Shown: one piece after another, positions 1-14,270 of the stretch
Layout: each line of letters begins with the position of its first letter
Numbering within the stretch: position 1 is the stretch's first letter
Source: Octopus sinensis
Lineage: Eukaryota
Length of the DNA: 64,000 nucleotides
Assembly (NCBI RefSeq): GCF_006345805.1
Contig: NC_043001.1
Coordinates: 45,012,001 to 45,076,000 of the forward strand
Direction of reading: 5' to 3'
Translations under genes and position numbers: made by a program
Notes under the pieces: generated by a model
What the model saw: only the letters and a program-made list of their open reading frames with translations
What the model was told of the DNA's origin: nothing
Database searches by the model: none

Positions 1-214
1 AAGAAAGAAAGAAGGAGAGAGAGAGAGAGAGAGAGATGTGTGTCAAGTTATTTTTCAAATCCAGTGCATGTCAACACTAGTGTTGAACTGTGTGAAGAAA
101 ACAAATTCAACTAACAGGTTTGTTTCAATATGGTCTGACACAAGCCTGTGTTAATATACACTATATTTATGTACATATTATATATGTAAATACACACACA
201 CACACCAACTAAAA

Positions 215-400
215 GGATGAAATCCTATATAAACCCAACTAACAGTTAAAACATGAAGATATGTTAAAAATTTTCTATAAGTGTTTAATCCATACAATTG
301 TTTTGAATGACAAAATGATTGTATGGATTAAAAATTTATAAATACTTTTAACATCTCTTCATTTTTTAACCATTAGTTGGGTGTATATAGGATTTCATCC
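215..400. mobile_element. MITE-like element with ~53-bp terminal inverted repeats
   Basis: ggatgaaatcctatataaacccaactaacagttaaaacatgaagatatgttaa at 215 matches the reverse complement of the stretch ending ...ttagttgggtgtatataggatttcatcc at 400. Confidence 0.7.
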
Positions 401-550
401 TATAATACTCACAACACATTTTTAATTGTCATATTTTCATATTTTAAATACTTGCAATAACAAGTTACTACTTTGATGTGAAAAATCTTTATTACAAATC
501 TAACTCTTTAGACCCCCTAAAAAGTTCAAAATGTTCTACTTGAACTAATT

Positions 551-591
<41 letters not shown>

Positions 592-625
592 TATATATAT
601 TGGGTTGGTGCATGATTATTGTGGC

Positions 626-1395
626 TTTTTCCTTTTGAACGGCAGATGTCAACACAATTTCTAGTTAACTAAACACTTTTAAACTTCGTATACTGGTAGA
701 ATGTGTTTATAAAACATTTTTTCTTGGCTTTATTGAGAAAATTCTATAGTTTGTAAGATATTTCGTCTGAAAATCCGAGCATTTCGGCAATTTTAACCAA
801 TCGATTACCTCCATTCAACTAAAATCATTTGCTGCGTCTAAAACTGAGACAACATCCTGTAACTAACCCTAAGCCTCCCCCCTAACCCTAACCCTAATTT
901 TTTTTTTCTTAATTGTTACGTGTGTAAAAAAAACCGAAAGCAATGGAAAATGATTTAAACAATTAACAAACAAAATATTCTATAATTTTATACACATGCT
1001 TTCCGTATGTATACGGAAAGCGTGTGTATAAAATTATAGAATTATTTTATTGGTAATTGTTTAAATCATTTTCCATTGCTTTCGGTTTTTTTACATGTGT
1101 AACAAGTAAATTAATTTAACAATTAAGAAAAAAAAATTAGGGTTAGGGTTAGGGGGGAGGTTTAGGGTTAGTTACAGGATGTTGTCTCAGTTTTAGGCGC
1201 AGCAAATGATTTTAGCTCAAAAGATAGCATAGAATTGGTTAAAATTCGAAAAATTAAACTACGTTAAACAAACAAATTACAATTTTCTCAAGAAAACCAA
1301 GAGACAAAAATTTTTTATTTTGACACATTCTACCAGTATACGAAGTTTTAAAGTGTTTAGTTAACTAGAAATTGTCTGCCGTTCAAAAGGAAAAG
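626..1395. mobile_element. ~770-bp foldback element carrying short (CCCTAA)/(TTAGGG) runs
   Basis: Arms are reverse complements (ttttccttttgaacggcag...cttcgtatactggtagaatgtgt vs acacattctaccagtatacgaag...ctgccgttcaaaaggaaaa), symmetric about ttccgtat-gt-atacggaa at 1001-1018. Confidence 0.8.
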
Positions 1396-3436
1396 ATCCT
1401 AGAAATTCCCTTGTTGGCTTCCTTTGGTTATATATTATATATAAATATACTATATCACACAGACACACAGACACACACACACATGTGGACTCAATATTTT
1501 GTCAACATTGAAACTTTTTGGTTTGTTTGGAAACTGATTTCCTTACAGTAAATAAATAAATATAGAATAAATTAAATGCAACAATAAGCTTGCTTCCCAA
1601 CCACATGATATAACACATATTCGTGGAAAATTTTACGTATGGTTACATACATATACAGAAATACATGAGTTTGTTTATCTTCAGAGATGTAATCAACTGG
1701 GCAGTTCCCCACTATAATGATGCACAAACTAGGAGTGGTTTCAGCAAAAAATTAGTTTTTATAGGTTAGATGTTGCCCACCACAGCAGTGTGGAAGTTAT
1801 GAATAGCCAGATATTTTTAAGCACTAATTTGACATCACTCCCTATGCACACACAAATACCATAAATTCTCAAACTCACAATATTAAAGTCAACATAGCTT
1901 TCCATATTAAATGCTACAGTTGCAAAGACAACCGTACACAGTCACCATCCCATCAGCCAACTCATAAGTGTCCCAAATCTATCTACATATCCACTCAAGA
2001 GATCTTTCTACCATAAAGAAGTCATATATTGAGCAACTATAACATATATGGATTGCAATGAAAGGAGTTATGTAGGTCTAACAACAAGTATCTTCTTTAA
2101 CATCTTCACTAATTCAGGTCAAAGAACAGGAAACATTCTACCAATCTTTAACAATTCCTCTAGATACTGAAAGACTAGCATCTCCAATAACATGGAACAT
2201 TGTGGAACTATGGACTTTTATTAAACAAAAACTCCCAGATCCTGAAGCACCTTGTAATATCTCTTAACTGAAGCTCACATTTATTCTCCTATAGCCAACT
2301 CTGACAAACATTGCTGTTGGGACATATTCAAAATTCCCAAATTCCCCAAAACCACAACCTATAGAAATTTGCTCTAAGACAGTCTCTAAAATCTCATCAG
2401 CCCATTTGAAGTAACAACGAGTTTCTTGTGTTTATGATACAAGCAGTCCTAGGAGTGACTTTGCTAGACATAACAAATCCAGTCATATGACCAGTCATAC
2501 CCAATAAAATTTCACCTTACAAATGCACCCATTAACTTAATAGCTTTCTAAATAAAATCCAATGGTGTAGTTTTTATTGTCTTTTAGTTCCAGGTTAACT
2601 CTGGTCCAGTAATCCAATGACCAAAACTATTTCTGTCATTTTCTCAGACATGATATTTGAAGAACTATATTGATATATAACTTCAAACATGTTTGTAGAA
2701 CTACATTATCCAATGTGTTCTTCCATTTTAAGATTGTATGTGTGAACTGAAGGATATTTGGCTGCTTTATCTAGCATGTTGAGCAATCCTGTAGAAGCTC
2801 TCTCATTTGGTTATGTTGGATTTTGTTGTAGTCAAATTACTTTTGCTAATACAGACACTAAGTCTTTTGTTTAAAGGTCTTCAGATTTCAGTGTTCAAAG
2901 AATGAAACTTCCATTAATGAAAATACATCAATGAGAGCCATGTCGTAAAGTAGTATTTGGAAATATTTCTGTTTAAATAAATGTTTTGATTAACAAAACT
3001 GACATAAAGTAGCATCAGAAGTAAACAGAGGAAAATAAAACTATAGCAGAAAAGGTTATCATAGAACAGAAAAGGTAAAAATAAAAAAAAAACAAGACAC
3101 ACTAAATATACATAGATGTGTTGTGTGTGACATTATACTGATCCAAAGGAGGAGTGGTTGGGAGAGCTTTGCACACTTAACATTAAGTTTGAAATGTTGG
3201 AGGTTATAGTAATTGGAATTCATTTTCAGTAATTATATTCTCCTTACAAAGCAACTTTTGAGTGAACATGCATGAAAGTTGATATTTCCAAGTCATTTTG
3301 CTTCATTCAGTTAAGATTTTTATCCATTTCTGTATGAAAGTTCAAAGGATATTTGAAATAATAGAGTACTAGATTTACTGATTTCCTTTAAAAAAACAAC
3401 AACATAGAATATAGCACAGAGATACACAGACACACA

Positions 3437-3478
<42 letters not shown>

Positions 3479-3481
3479 TAC

Positions 3482-3513
<32 letters not shown>

Positions 3514-4157
3514 CACTGGCGTATATATAAATAGGGACTGGTGTATAATTTAAGTTACAGAACATGCATACATATGCACAAAAGTACACATATAGTGTAC
3601 AAAGAGACACTATAATAATAGAACTGGCATAATCAGTTAATGCACATACTGAAGTCTGTATGAAAGCAGCCCTGTAGGTAATTCAGAGAAAAAGTACCTG
3701 GAGCAAAACAAAACAAAAATGAATTCCTTCCTAAAACAGTCGACAAATAGAAGGTGTGTGTGATTAATGTACTGGGCAATGGCCCTTCCACAGGAGAGAG
3801 AGAGAGAGAGATAAAATATTTTTGGAAGGTGAGACAAAATGTAATTTGCTTTGGGAAGTGTTTCACATTGTGGAACGGTAGAAGTGATAGAAGAAGTGGA
3901 GGATGTGGAGAACATTGTGCCACAAAAGAGTGGAGCAGAGTGTTCAATTAGGTGCAAGGGTGTGTATGAATGTGAAGCATGAGTGCATCTTATAATATAA
4001 GTGTGTGAAGGATGTTTGTGTGTGTGTGTGTGTGTGTGTAGGAGGTTTGTATGCATATGTGTCGTGCGGGTATGAAACTTTATATGTGTGTATGTAAATG
4101 TAGATGTGGGCATAAGCTGGTAGAGAAAGGTGACTCAGTTACATACTATACAAATAC

Positions 4158-4367
4158 TGGTTTCAAATTTTGGCACAAGGCCGGAAATTTCAGGGATAAG
4201 TTGATTACATCAACCCCAGTGTTTAACTGGTACTTATTTTATCAACTCTGAATGAGATAAAGTGCAAAGTCAACCTTAGTGGCATTTGAATTCAGAACAT
4301 AAAGACGGATGAAATGCCACTAAGCATTTTGGCTGGCATCCTAATAATTCTGCCAGCTCGCCACCTT
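4158..4367 (-). mobile_element. tRNA-derived SINE, family A
   Basis: Minus strand reads aaggtggcgagctggcagaa...gttctgaattcaaat...ggccttgtgccaaaatttgaaacca; several homologous copies elsewhere in the window. Confidence 0.8.
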
Positions 4368-4761
4368 ACACTATACAAATACTAAAGTGACAGATTAGTT
4401 ATTGTTTACATGGCAACTAGGATGTAGGAAAACCATGGTGTAATACAATATTTCAGTAAATCACCATTTGCAGAAGATTTTTGTTTAGTGTTTTGCCATG
4501 CTAAGGGCAGTTCATTTTACTTCAGGAAGTTTATTTTTTAATTCATAGTTTAAGGGTTTAACAGTATCTAATTCAATGCACTTAACTTCTAAACAACACA
4601 GTTATGTTTATATTCTAATGCATTTTTCTGAGGAGGGAAAAAAAAAAAGAGAACTTATTTGAGAACTTGGTCACAGCCTCTGGATAAAATAAATGAAATA
4701 AAAGCAAGGCAAAAAATATTTTTGACATGAAATTATAAAAATTATTATGAGAATGTTCGTT

Positions 4762-5125
4762 ATTACCTCCACCAAGGAAGGAGGTTATGTTTTCATCAGC
4801 ATTGGTTTGTCCGTCTGTGTGCAAAATAACTCAAAATATTGCAAACGGTATTTGATGAAATTAGCAGGAAAAGGTGGTAATGATACAAGGAACAGATGAT
4901 GAAATTTTGGTAGTGATCTGGGAATTTTTATGGATTCTTGAAGGATTTTTCATTTTACATGAAGTATTACAATGTTATGTCCTTTGATTATCTCCATGAA
5001 AACACGTTCATTGTTTCAACGTAACCTATGGTGGTGTTGCTGTTTCCAAAGTTTATTTTCATTTCTCTGTTAGTAATTTTACTCGCGTATCTATCTTAAA
5101 ATGAGCTGCTTGGCGGAGGTCTGCA
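4762..5125 (+). mobile_element. Non-autonomous element with subterminal inverted repeats (Helentron/DINE-like)
   Basis: acctccaccaag near the 5' end pairs with cttggcggaggt near the 3' end; the 5' part ggaggttatgttttcatc...gtttgtccgtctgt is typical of this repeat class; classification is inference. Confidence 0.45.
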
Positions 5126-6579
5126 GGGGATGACATGACAAGCTTTGACTATTGGGATCGTCTCAAAAATCTCAGGCTTTGCTCCTTCCACAGCTGCTGT
5201 GAAACTAGCTTGCTGTTGTCAATGTATTATAACTACTTCAGATGATTCCTGTTTTTAAAGGGTTTTTTTTTAATTAGATACATTTAATGCTTTAAATATT
5301 ACAACAAAAACACTTTTGATGGAAAACAAAATTCAACATGAGCCTACATGACTTTCCTATTTCTAGCAGGTTGACTGACTTAGTTTAGAAACTCTACATG
5401 GTTAATAAACCTGCAAGAAATAGCAGTTGAATCTCTCTCAAATCACACAAATTTCAAAAGAAAGATATATCATTGTATAATGTAGTTTTAAGTGCAGGAT
5501 GTTTGAAATCATCCACCACAAGTGTTGGACTGTGCTTTCAGCCAAGAGTGTTTTTGTCAATATAGGCATTGAGTCTTCAGTGAAAAGTTATATGATAAAG
5601 AAGTGATTATCTTTATATTTCAGTATTAAAGAATGAAGGCATTTGATAATGAAAGTAAATCAATAGGAGTCGCATTGTATAGCAAGCAGCGCCATGGAAA
5701 CATTTAATTCATCTATTCAATTTTTTATGTGAATTTTTTTAACTCATTCATCTATTGTTTTAAAAAATAAGCCAAATTATTCAATCTTTCTAAAGAAAAG
5801 AATAGGACGTTAATTTCTCAAGGTTATCATTGTGAATCAGATTCACTCTGAAAAGCAATTAGCTTGTTTTGCCAGTGAATTTAAAAAAAAAATTTAGTCT
5901 GTAAATAAATTATAATCAGCTTTGTTATTTGACTCTCAGCAATGACAGAATGTTTTCAGCTGATTTAGCCTTCTAATCTGACAATTAGCCTTCTAATCTG
6001 ACAAGACTAAACAACAATTCTTCTAAAATAAGAGATATAATTCCATTTTTATTCTCACAATCAGAAGTTAAATAAGAGAAAATTAGATAAAATATGCCAA
6101 ATTATTTCACTGCTTTTAATCTTCATCTAAGTTACTTAAGACTAAAACTCTCAACATGTTGCTGAGCAATAGGTTCACTTAGAAATTCAGGTCTTTTCCA
6201 TTGTGCGAAGATTCTGCATAGTTTGATCTCCACTAATATATCTAAGGTGGATGTCAAGCAAATACTCCTTTGTCTCTTTCATCACCAAATCAGCAGTATC
6301 CGCCACTCTTAATCAATGCTTTAAGTATATTCTCCAGTGACAGGATCAAAAAAATACTGTGAATGATAGCATAATGCTGAAGACATCACTTTGTCCAATA
6401 CAGTTATACCCTGTACATTGATTTGATCTACACATACAAGTGCAATATTTTAGCAAATTATCAACAGCAAAGTATTAGCATCATACTGATAAACTCACAA
6501 ACAGCAAATTTTTATAATGCTGAATATGTACAGAGCAACAATTCACCAATCATAGTTATGATAAATAAATGCACCCTTT

Positions 6580-6817
6580 TAAAGCCTAGCCAGGCTCATG
6601 GGCCCGGTTTCCCAGTTTCTATGGCGTATGTGTTCCCCAACTGGACGGGACGCCAGTCTATCGCAGAATTGTTCGTTTTTACCAGCTGAGTGGACTGGAA
6701 CAATGTGAAATGAAGTGTTTTGCTCAAGAACACAACGAATCACCCAGTCCAGGAATCAAAACCACAATCTTACGATCATGGTGCTGACACCCTAACCACT
6801 AAGCCATGTGCCTCCAC
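6580..6817 (-). mobile_element. tRNA-derived SINE, family D (CORE-like body)
   Basis: Minus: gtggaggcacatggcttagtggttaggg (A box) ...ttgattcctgg (B box) ...gtgttcttgagcaaaacactt. Confidence 0.75.
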
Positions 6818-8248
6818 ATTCATAGTTATGCTGATAGCAATCCTTGCACCACCTGCTCATTCAATTTGATCCTGTGAGCTTTCAATCTTCAAGAAGCACA
6901 AGTATATTTCTAGTTTAGATCATGTATCCTGTAATATGCAGCACCTTCAGTAGAGAGAGCTTTGAGTTAGCTTGGTTAATATGCTCGTAAAAGTACAAAT
7001 CCTTGGTTCAAAGAGAACATCTTATTTGGCAACAGATATGGCTAAGAAACTGAATACCTTCAGCTTCTTCCTGAATTCTTAGCTTGATTGCTTTCTCAGA
7101 TGTTACAGTTCTGCATCTGGATCTAGTTTTTAAATTAACTTCAGGTCTTGTGAATTACATCAGTAACCAATATAGAAAATTTTGTTTGAGGATATTACAA
7201 GACCAGCCTATACAAGAAAACATTTCAGTTCTTAGTGGTTGGAATTTAATTAATAGAACTGTGGTTCTGCCATTTAGATAGAAATGTTGATGTATGAAGC
7301 GAGCCATTAGATGAAACAAAAAAAGCTCAAAACAGGTTTATATGATTGTAAAAAAAAAAAAAATACATGTTCATCAAATACTAAAGAATTTAGAGTCATT
7401 ATCTAATTAAGTACAATGAAATATTCAAAGAAAAGAAACAACTCTAATCTAAAAGTGAAGTAACTAAAACATGGAATATTGATGGAGTTACAATAAGCGA
7501 GTTACTATCATTAGCTGAAGTTCTCACCTCAAACTTTGCCATCACTGTAATGTTTGAATTGGCTCTTTCACTTTCAGATTAAAATGATTTTCTTTTGAAT
7601 GCTCCATGTAACTCAATAGAATGTTTCTGATATTTAATCTTATATCATAAGATAAAACTGAATAATTTATTATAGTATTTAACCATTTGCATATGGGAGG
7701 ATATTCTGGGGGCAGTTCCAATGAAATAAAACATTCTATCCCATTGTGGTTGATAGCTCAATAAGAGAACCAAAAATTATTTATTTTATCAAAGACAAAA
7801 GTGAAAACTAATGCCAAACAACCAGATTCTTGCTAAGATGAGCCAAATTCACAATAATAATTATGAGTAAACTCATATCTTGTTATCTTCCTTTGAAATA
7901 TATTGAGTAATTCATCCTATTCTACATAATAAAAGAAGTGATATAATTAAATTTTCTCGTAGAAAGACAAGATTTCCATTGATTTAGTTTTATTATCAAA
8001 TGCTTTAGTTTCTTAATACTGAAGAAGATAATCTTTTTTATCATAAACCTTCCAACAAACTATACACTGTCTACATTAACAAAGATACTCTTGACTGAAA
8101 GCAAAATCCAACACTATGTTAGATGTTTTCAGACATCTAACATACTTATGACTACATTATATAATATATCTTTCCTTTTTTTAAGATTGTAATGTGACTT
8201 GAGAGAGATTCGACTGCTATTTCTAGCTGGTCAATTGACCCTGTAGAG

Positions 8249-8466
8249 AAGTGGTTCCCAAAGTGTGCAGTATTGTTCCCCCTGGGGGCGATGGAAAGTT
8301 CCAAGGGGGCGTTGAGGAAAAGTGGGGCGATTATGGGGTAGCGATTCGTGTAAGAACAACAAAATAATGGATTCATTTGGTTAAATATTATTCGTGAAAC
8401 ACAGTTGCTTTGAATTTGATTCAGAAAGAGAGGGGGCAGCAGCCCGACAAAGTTTGGGAACCACTG
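8249..8466. mobile_element. hAT/Charlie-type MITE
   Basis: TIRs (a)agtggttcccaaa and tttgggaaccactg; degenerate 8-bp flanks ctgtagag / ccataaag. Confidence 0.7.
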
Positions 8467-8778
8467 CCATAAAGGTTTTCTTAGTAGCTTACATTGGGTT
8501 TTGTTTTAGCAAAGAGTGCTAAATGAAAGTAATCGATAATATACATTCTCATAATAACATAATAAATTATGTCACAAAAAAAATATATATTCTCTATTGA
8601 ACAATTTCACTCAATTTACCAAAAAAAAAACCCAACAAATATTAAAAATAATGTGTGTTAAGATGTTCAATAAATCAAGCTAAATCCTTATATTCCAAGC
8701 GGATAAAACTTAGAAAATACAATAGGATTATACATATGTTGAAATATACAGTATTTTCTGTATCTCTAAATTTTCAAT

Positions 8779-9159
8779 TCTTTTACTTGTCTCAGTCATT
8801 TGACTGTGGCCATGCTGGAGCACCGCCTTTAGTTGAGCAAATCAACCCAGGACTTATTCTGGCAGTCTCTTTTGCCGAACCACTAAGTTACGGGGACATA
8901 AACACACCACCATCAGTTGTCAAGCAATGTTGGGGAACAAACAAAGACACAAACATATACACACGCATTCATATATATATATATATTCATATATACGATG
9001 GGCTTCTTTCAGTTTCTGTCTACCAAATCCACTCACAAGGCTTTGGTCGGCCAGAAGCTATCGTAGAAGACACTTGAGAATGAAGACACATGCAGTGAGA
9101 ATGAACCCGAAATCATGTGGTTGGTAAGCAAGCTACTTACTACACAGCCACTCCTGTGC
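8779..9159 (-). mobile_element. tRNA-derived SINE, family B
   Basis: Homologous to the plus-strand copy at 17900-18273 (gaaactgaaagaagccc, aaggcggtgctccagcatggcc, gactgagacaagtaaaaga). Confidence 0.85.
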
Positions 9160-9799
9160 CTGATATTATTGGAGTTGACTCCCTTGCATTTTGTTCTTTG
9201 ATTTTAACCATTCAGAGAGGATTTGTGTCTCTTGAGTACATGGTTGAATATACTCATAGTCTCAGTTTGACATGTTTGGGAGTCCAACTGGAAGGTTTTA
9301 TGATGGTTGCTTGTGGTAGGACCCTATGGAGGAGGTGCCATAGAATCCTACCCCCATAATCTTCTCAGAAATAGTGGGCAGAGAACATGAATGGATGGAT
9401 GGATAACATGAAAAATCTTAGCTGATTGAAGTTTTTCAACTCACTATATTATATAGGAGAGGACTTAACTTTCTTTATTATGCAGAATGCTCTCCTGACC
9501 TATTTTCTTTCTACTGTATTGTTAATGTAAAAAATAGACCAATACTGTAATTTGGTTTCATTAGTAAGATCCCCTAAGCAAAACAGGTTGACTGTCACAC
9601 GGCATAAAACGTAACAAAGCACTAGTTTTTCAGCTACCCGCTAAAAGCTTAATACCTATTATTCAATATACTATGCATAATATCACACACAAACGGGGAG
9701 GTACATATGTAAATGTATCCTATTTAATGTATGATGATGACTATGCATCAGTATGTATATATGTGGCTGAAAAAAAAAAAAGAAAACTTCTCTTACTAG

Positions 9800-11340
9800 T
9801 GCCCAGATGTCTGCAAAGATGCCATCAAGCAAAATTGAAGATAATAGTGTGAAAAGGAACTGTAAAAGGAATCCACTGCATATTAAACTTGTTATTTTTA
9901 AAGACCTGGTGCAGGATAAAAAAAAATTAGCCTCATTGCCAAAAGAAAAAAAATATAAAGCTTGCAATGTCTGCAGTTGGACAATATGTGACAATAAGGA
10001 CAAAATTAAGTCAAGTGCTCAAGAAGTTACTCCAGTAATTGCAGGGACCTTACTTTTTCATAGATTTAATATGATGCTTAAAATGGGACAACTCTCGGGT
10101 ATATGGAGCAAGGATCAGACTCAATGCATTTTGCCAATAAGCATGATGATAAACACCAAAAAAAAACACCAAAAGTTTGTAGGGTGATTTTCAGAAAAGG
10201 AAAGGGTGAAACTTCTAATGAAGAAACATTTTCTGGTTCATAAAGACTGGTTTGAAAGGTTTAAGAAGTGCTTGAGTTTGCACATCATATAAAAATGACT
10301 GATAAAGCTGCCAGTACTGATATAAAGGCTGTCACTAACTATTCTAAGAAGTTGAAGAAATTATGGTAGGAGGGTGACACACACCAGAGTGCGTTTACAG
10401 CATTGATGAAACTGCACTTTTCTAGAAGTTCATTCCTGCTAGAACTTTTATTTCTCGGAAATAAATGTCAGCAGTGGAATGTAAAGCTTCCAAAAATTGT
10501 ATGAAGCTTCTTCAAGGAGGAAATACCATTGGTGATATGAAATGAAAGCATCCACTTATGTATCACTCCAAAAATTCAAGAGCTTTCAATGATTATACAA
10601 AGTTTAATTTGCCTTTGGTTGAAAAAAGACACTATGTTTCCACCAAAGCATTGCTCTTTTTAGACAATGCACCAAGCTACCCAGTGAACTTAGATGACTT
10701 TTCTGATCATGCGAGAGGAGAAAATATTCCTAAGAATACTTCCTTGCTCAAGCCAACAGATTAATGTGTGACAGTTAACTTCAAGGTATATTATCTTAGA
10801 AAAACTTTCAAACAAACTTATTAAAGCAATTGATAGGGAAGATAAATCTACAATTAGATACTTCTGGAAAAAGTTTAACATAATAGATATTGTGGATAAC
10901 ACAACTGAGTTATGGGATGAAGTGACACCCTCACCTTTAAATGGTACTTGGAAACATATATGGCCAGACTGTATCAGGTAACTTCACAAGATGTTTCATG
11001 CAGAAGTCCATATCAAATTTGGAAAGATATTGTTAGATATACAAATGATATAGGGTTTAAAGAAGCCATATTAAGGTGATATAGTTGAGTTGTTAGTGCC
11101 ACATAGAGAAAGTTAATCTGGTGAAGAACTGATGCAGTTAGAAGTAGGCCAGGCTAAAAGTACAAATGAGAATATGGAAATTTCAACAATTCTACTTAAA
11201 TTGACTGCAAAGAATATTGCTCAAGAATTAGCACTTCGAGAAGGTCTGTAAGTATTTGCTGATAACAACCTTAATTATAGTCATAGAATAAGCTCAGTTC
11301 ATACACTAAGCTGTACAAAGAGAGATTCACCATAAACATC
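9800..11340 (+). mobile_element. Degenerate Tigger/pogo transposase (TIGD1-like), many stops and frameshifts
   Basis: Collinear remnants: ICDNKDKIKSSAQEVTP, DWFERFKK, DETALF, KALLFLDNAPSYP, NTSLLKPTD, FKVYYLRKTF, FWKKFNI, WDEV...LNGTWK. Confidence 0.8.
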
Positions 11341-14084
11341 AAACAATTTAGGTAAATTCTTCACCCCTCAAATAAATGTCAATGATGATGAACAATAACA
11401 TAGAAGATAGTTGTCCACATTATCACAATAACTCTCATTCCACCATCAACACTCAACAGATAGTAGTCAATATCGTTTGTGGTTGAACACCATGGTAAAC
11501 TTTCTCCCTCCCTATATTTTTTCTTACCACACTCTCTCTCATTCTCTATAAAAGTATATCACTCATTCTGAGTGTGTGTGTAAGGAATTTCATTTGATAA
11601 CAGTGATTTTGAAAAGGGTATTTTTTTCTTTTAGTTTCAGCTCAGAAATGCAGCCATGCCGGGGCACCACAATTGTAAAAAATGATTTATTTTAATGCTA
11701 TACTTTTCTGTTAGGTAAATGTTTTTTCTTACACACACACACATGGATTTACTTGAAGCAGGGTGGGGGTTAAAAATTTGAATTTCAAATTTTTTGTTGT
11801 TGCTTAAATCTCAGCAATGGATCATTGCATCATTCCATAAAATGTGTTTGTGGGGAGAAAAATATTGAAAAAACAACAATATATGTCAGAGTGACAAAGA
11901 AATGAGGAAGGTATCTAGTAGTTGCAGGATGTGCTATAAACAACAGCCAAATCTCTTCTCTCTTAAATCATACACCTTTTCATCCCAAAATTATTTTGAA
12001 ATTATAAACAGAAACAAATTGCAGATTTATAGTTTTAAAATTGCAGATTTTAAGACTATGATTAAAAAAACATTTTGAAAAAAGCCAAAATTTTAGGATT
12101 TATGGAGAGTTCATGAAATGATAATGTATGTATTTGCATACAAGTGAGAGTATTATTAAATGACTCTTCGACAATGTTCATGTGTGTGTGTGTGTGTCCC
12201 TGTTATAATGAATGGCAGAAAAAACATCTGCAGAACAGTATTTTTGCTTGTATATATATATATATATATTAGGTATAGACAACTTTTTCTAAGAAGCAGG
12301 CACACAAGACATGGCTCATCATCTGGTGGTCCACCCAACTAAAAAATTCAAGGTAATTTTTCGTTAGGCGTACTATTCCGAAAGTAACGAGGGTCGCAGG
12401 TTGACTGATATTTGTCATGGTGCTAATGCAAGTATTTCTATATATGTAACCAAAACTCCAAGTGAACTTTTGGATTATGATAAAATCAAAATATCATCTT
12501 TAAAAAAATTATATGTTAATATATTTAAATAAAAGTGTTGCTTTTATTTTTCGATTTCAACACCCATCTTTGCATAAAACCCATAGCTCACTTTCTACGG
12601 TTTCATTCACTGCGGTTAACTTCTTTCTTATATCCTGTCTCCATCTTTTAGTATAGATACATGCATTTCTCTCATTCAGTTGTTATCTTGTTTTTGTAAT
12701 TTTACTTTTAAACAAACGAAGGAAATATTTTTCACGTATAACAAGGAGACCAACTCGAAGTACATTTCATTATTTCTTTCGATTTTTATTACAAAACGTT
12801 CTAAGTTATTTTACTAATCTTTCGCTTTCACTTACAACTTATTCGATTCTTTAAAAAAAAATGATACATTTATAATTTATCCTTTCTCTCTCTTTCTTTA
12901 TGGGAAAAAAAGAGTACTCAATAACTTATATATTTTTAATTTTGAAGCTTAAGTGTTTTCAGTTTCCCCTTTATTTTTCATCTATTACTTGTTTCGGCAC
13001 GGCAATGTTTCGAGGGGACAAACAGAAAGACACACAAGAAGCTCGTAGTATGTATATATATATACTATGGGCTTCTTTCAGTTTCCGTCTACCAGTTCCA
13101 CCCACATGGCTTTATACACACTCGCAATACATGTAAAGTATACATAAAACAAACTTGTACCACACACATAAGCATTCATTAAAGCATTGCATCATTTTAT
13201 ATAAAATAGGAACCAAAAAAGATGACCAAAACAACAAACTACATGAGATTATTGATTTCTTATACAAGCACAAGGTCAAAACTTTTCCGGGAGGGGACCA
13301 GTCGATTATAAATCGATACCAATACTTTACTTATTCCATCGACCCCCCAGGTTGCTGAAAAGCTAAATCAACCTCACTGCAGACCAAAACTTTATACGTG
13401 TAATACTCTAACGATTTTTCAAATAAACTACACTAAAAATAATTTCAAGCGGTTCCAAATCCCACTAGATCAACTTGGTTTTTCCTCCCATCCCGTTGGA
13501 ATTTACTAATGCATTCAATTCGAAAATTAGCTTTGGACACAGCTAAATTACAAAAGGCATGATTTATCATTTATTACTAAATTTTCTCTGTTTTTGCATT
13601 ATTTTAACTAAATTGGAATTTTTAAACTTTTAATTATCCTTTTTTTGTGAAGTTTGTATGTAATTATTTTTCTGTAATTTTTTTTCTTATGACCTATTAA
13701 GTTTTCAATTCGATTTTTAAAAAATCACATTAAAGAATTTCTCCCAATACCTTGTAGGATTGTTATTATGCATAATATAAGATTCTTTTTATTTTTTTAT
13801 TCCACTTCACATGAATGAAAACAATGCTGTGTGTATGGTGTTATGTAGTCCATCGACATGCAAGAAATAGCTAAATCTCCCAAATTACATCTACCCGTCT
13901 TAGAAAAGGACTTACTGGATAAGGTAGTTTCGAGTGCATTGTCTGAGAAGAGGACGGGAAGGTCATTATTGGAATGCCTTTGATCAAGTCTGCTCAAACT
14001 CGACAACACGGTAAAAATTGTCACGAGTGATGTGATACGCCTTCGATAGCCACTCATATAACGCAAGCAGTCGTTTCCTTCGAA

Positions 14085-14270
14085 CCAACGAGTCGCTAAA
14101 CCTCCTAGAAATAGCAGCCAAATCTCTCCTCACATCTTAGAAAAGGACACATGAGATAATGAAGTTTGAGATACTTTGTTTGAATAAAGAAGTAAAGGTG
14201 ATCCTTCAGTAAAAATCACTGCTGATCATAGGTCTGCTTCATCAGAGCTGGCTGGCTGAGGGCAAACAAC
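14085..14270 (+). mobile_element. SINE-like repeat, family E (ctagaaatagcagccaaatc...aaacaac tail)
   Basis: Shares ctagaaatagcagccaaatctc and gatcataggtctg with copies at ~13860, ~46020 (minus) and ~61262. Confidence 0.6.

Noticed and set aside
2914-4113. Several 60-160 aa ORFs (VCVC and HTHT rich)
   Set aside because: Translations of (CA)/(TG) microsatellites and low-complexity DNA with no protein motifs; the same applies to most short ORFs in the track.
6180-7120. Non-repetitive stretches with short open frames on the minus strand
   Set aside because: No consistent splice-site pair and no recognisable protein similarity.
13786-13801. A-rich run on the minus strand as the retrogene poly(A) remnant or signal
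   Set aside because: A-rich runs are ubiquitous here and no matching TSD was found upstream of the gene.
13797-14066. 89-aa ORF downstream of ALT on the same strand
   Set aside because: Largely the antisense reading of a family E repeat copy.
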